From Candidatus Falkowbacteria bacterium (GTDB lineage: Bacteria > Patescibacteriota > Patescibacteriia > CAIXNZ01): 64,000 nt of DNA. Made by a program: the position numbers and the translations under genes. Below, one piece after another: positions 61,471 through 64,000 of this stretch (the first letter of the stretch is position 1; each line of letters opens with the position of its first letter). The stretch covers positions 3,522-67,521 of the forward strand of contig CAVZGV010000004.1 of assembly GCA_963774955.1 (NCBI GenBank). Reading direction: 5' to 3'. The notes beneath the pieces are model-generated. The model did not search any database. It saw nothing but the letters and a program-made list of their open reading frames with translations, and was not told the origin of the DNA.

Positions 61471-63288
61471 ATGTCCAAAATTATCCTCAAAAATTTTTTA
61501 ATTTTCCTGTTTATTTTTTTGGTCATTGCCGCCTTATTTTCCACTTACAATGCTACAACGGAAAAGCCGGAACAAGTCGGAATTGACCAGCTTATTACCC
61601 AGATTCAAAATGAAGAAGTTTCTCAGATTATTGTTCGTGATGGCAAACTGGACATTACTTTAAACAACGGCAAAAAAGAAGTGTCCAAGAAAGAAATTTC
61701 TGATTCTTTGAGCACGCTTTTAAAAAATTACAATATTGACCCGGTAAAAATGCTTAAGGTCAAAATTGAAGTCAAGGAAAATGAAGGCTTTGGCTTTTGG
61801 GCCATAACCTTACTGCCGTTCCTTATTCCTCTGGTTTTAATCGGCGCTTTTATCTATATCATGATGCGCCAGGTCCAGGGTGCCAATTCCAAAGCCATGT
61901 CCTTTGGCCAAAGCGGTGCTCGTGAGCTTCATCAGAAGGGTAAATCAAAAATAACTTTTAAAGATGTGGCCGGCTGCAAAGAATCAAAGGAAGAATTATC
62001 AGAAGTCGTTGAATTTTTAAGAAGTCCCAAGAAATTTTTACAACTTGGCGCCAAAATCCCCAAAGGCGTACTTTTAATGGGCGCACCCGGAACCGGCAAA
62101 ACATTACTGGCCAAAGCAGTCGCCGGCGAAGCCAATGTGCCTTTCTTTTCAATTTCAGGTTCTGAATTCGTGGAAATGTTTGTCGGTGTGGGTGCTTCCA
62201 GAGTTCGTGACTTATTTAAAAAAGCTAAAAAATCTTCTCCTTGTATTATATTTATTGATGAAATCGACGCTGTCGGCCGCCAGCGCGGAGCCGGGCTGGG
62301 CGGTTCTCATGATGAACGTGAACAAACTTTAAATCAAATCCTGGTGGAAATGGACGGTATGGAAACCAAAATTAATGTCATTGTTATGGCGGCAACAAAC
62401 AGGCCTGATATCTTGGATCCTGCGCTCTTACGACCTGGACGATTTGATCGTCGCGTAGTGCTGGATATGCCCGACATCAATGATCGCGAAGAGATTCTAA
62501 AAGTTCATGCTGAAAATAAACCTTTTAGCGCTGACGTTGATTTGAGAAAAATAGCCGAACGCACACCGGGTTTTTCAGGCGCTGACATAGCTAATGTCTT
62601 AAATGAAGGAGCGATTTTAGCTGCCAGACGCAATAAAAAATCAATTGACCAAATTGACATTTTTGAAAGCATTGAGAAAGTCCTCCTCGGTCCGGAAAGA
62701 AAAAGTCATATTTTATCAGATAAGGAAAAGAAAATTACCGCATACCATGAAGCCGGACATGCTTTAGTTGCCCATGAACTGCCCAATAGTGATCCGGTTC
62801 ATAAAGTTTCCATTATTTCCCGGGGCCATGCTGCCGGCTATACTTTAAAATTACCTCTTGAGGACAAACATTTGCATGCCCGCTCAGAATTTATTGATGA
62901 ATTGGCTGTATTTTTGGGTGGCTGGGTAGCGGAAAAAGAAACTTTTGGGGAAGTTACCACCGGCGCCTCCAACGACTTGCAGCAAGCTACAAAGCTGGCC
63001 AAAAATTTAATTACTCGTTATGGCATGGATGAAGACTTGGGACCGCGGACATTTGGCGAACGTGAAGAACTTATCTTTTTAGGCAAGGAAATTCATGAAC
63101 AGCGCGATTATAGCGATAAAACAGCAGAAATGATAGATCAATCAATCACCAATTTAATCTCTCAGGCTCAAAAAACCGCCAAAAACATTCTAACAAAACA
63201 CAAAGATCAGCTGGACAAAATTGTTGAAGCCCTGATAAAAAAAGAAACCCTGGAGCGAGGCGACTTTGAGGCTTTATTTAAAAAATAA
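61471..63288 (+). CDS. ftsH: ATP-dependent zinc metalloprotease FtsH
   Basis: [29 protein letters not shown]. Confidence 0.96.
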   Translation: MSKIILKNFLIFLFIFLVIAALFSTYNATTEKPEQVGIDQLITQIQNEEVSQIIVRDGKLDITLNNGKKEVSKKEISDSLSTLLKNYNIDPVKMLKVKIEVKENEGFGFWAITLLPFLIPLVLIGAFIYIMMRQVQGANSKAMSFGQSGARELHQKGKSKITFKDVAGCKESKEELSEVVEFLRSPKKFLQLGAKIPKGVLLMGAPGTGKTLLAKAVAGEANVPFFSISGSEFVEMFVGVGASRVRDLFKKAKKSSPCIIFIDEIDAVGRQRGAGLGGSHDEREQTLNQILVEMDGMETKINVIVMAATNRPDILDPALLRPGRFDRRVVLDMPDINDREEILKVHAENKPFSADVDLRKIAERTPGFSGADIANVLNEGAILAARRNKKSIDQIDIFESIEKVLLGPERKSHILSDKEKKITAYHEAGHALVAHELPNSDPVHKVSIISRGHAAGYTLKLPLEDKHLHARSEFIDELAVFLGGWVAEKETFGEVTTGASNDLQQATKLAKNLITRYGMDEDLGPRTFGEREELIFLGKEIHEQRDYSDKTAEMIDQSITNLISQAQKTAKNILTKHKDQLDKIVEALIKKETLERGDFEALFKK

Positions 63289-63456
63289 AAATTAGATTTA
63301 AAAGGTCTGGACTGAATGGTCCGGACCTTTTGTTTTCCTTGAAATTATTGTATAATAAATACAGTTTTAACTTAGATTTAAACTCTCCTATGCTTCCACC
63401 TTCGCTAAAGCTTCGGTGGATAAAAAAGCTATGGGGGGGGTCAAGGGGTAATAAAT

Positions 63457-64000
63457 ATGTACATTTCATACAAAGACATTTTTAAGAATGCTTGGCAAAT
63501 TACCGCCCAAAACCGCGCTTTGTGGATTTTTGGCATTTTTGCCTCGTTTATTTCACTGGAAAATGTCTATGAAATTATTTTTTCTCAGTTTAATGAATTT
63601 AATAATGCCGGCAGTTTCTTTACTCAGGTTTTGAATCTTTATCATACCCAGCTACAAGTCATTGACAACCAGCTTTTAAATCTCAGCCTTTTCACTCAAA
63701 ATTTAAGCGCCTATTTTTCGTTTATGATTTTTGGCGCTCTGATGATTTTAATTATTTGGCTGGCGTTTACTTCCCAAATTCTGGTAATTAAAAGCACTGC
63801 CTTGATCTATCATGGAAAAAAAATAAATCTTTTTTCTATCTTTCACACAAGTGACGCAAAATTCTGGCCGGTCTTTATAATTAATCTGCTGGTAAAATTA
63901 ATATTATATGCCGGCTATTTGGCGCTTAGTTTTCCTCTGCTCTATATGTTATTAATCAGCAGTGTTAACGGTATTTTCCTGGCCAACTTGTTTTTCTTTT
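63457..64000 (+). CDS. Multi-pass membrane protein, runs off the window end
   Basis: Translated by hand: MYISYKDIFKNAWQIT...LWIFGIFA. Confidence 0.6.
   Translation, partial: MYISYKDIFKNAWQITAQNRALWIFGIFASFISLENVYEIIFSQFNEFNNAGSFFTQVLNLYHTQLQVIDNQLLNLSLFTQNLSAYFSFMIFGALMILIIWLAFTSQILVIKSTALIYHGKKINLFSIFHTSDAKFWPVFIINLLVKLILYAGYLALSFPLLYMLLISSVNGIFLANLFFF

Overview
The window joins two unrelated genomes at about 13,630. Bases 1-13.6 kb are GC-rich and Chloroflexota-like: Tat ferritin-like proteins, a six-repeat Met-rich lipoprotein with a cupredoxin tail, a class F sortase, a large CSLREA/beta-propeller surface protein and a metal ABC transporter. Bases 13.6-64 kb are AT-rich and Patescibacteria (CPR)-like: tRNAs, smc, hppA, comM, lspA, pnp, rpsO, a Xer recombinase, pilT, purM/purL and ftsH. 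Scattered single-base frameshifts look like long-read errors. The main discovery is an RNA-guided TIGR-Tas-like locus at 29.6-35.2 kb. An IS110/Nop-domain gene with an apparently inactivated RuvC-like N-terminus is flanked by about 35 and 11 stem-loop guide units, and a 7-unit orphan array lies at 19.0-19.6 kb. Each unit reads stem-CGA-N9-TG-loop-CGA-N9-TG-stem, and three non-cross-pairing stem types recur in a fixed order. Joining spacer A to the reverse complement of spacer B gives 18-mers that read as coding DNA. Sister units differ mainly at synonymous positions, and many 18-mers spell conserved motifs of tyrosine/serine recombinases and IS transposases. This suggests a guide library aimed at the catalytic cores of mobile-element enzymes. 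All parsing was by eye, with no database searches.
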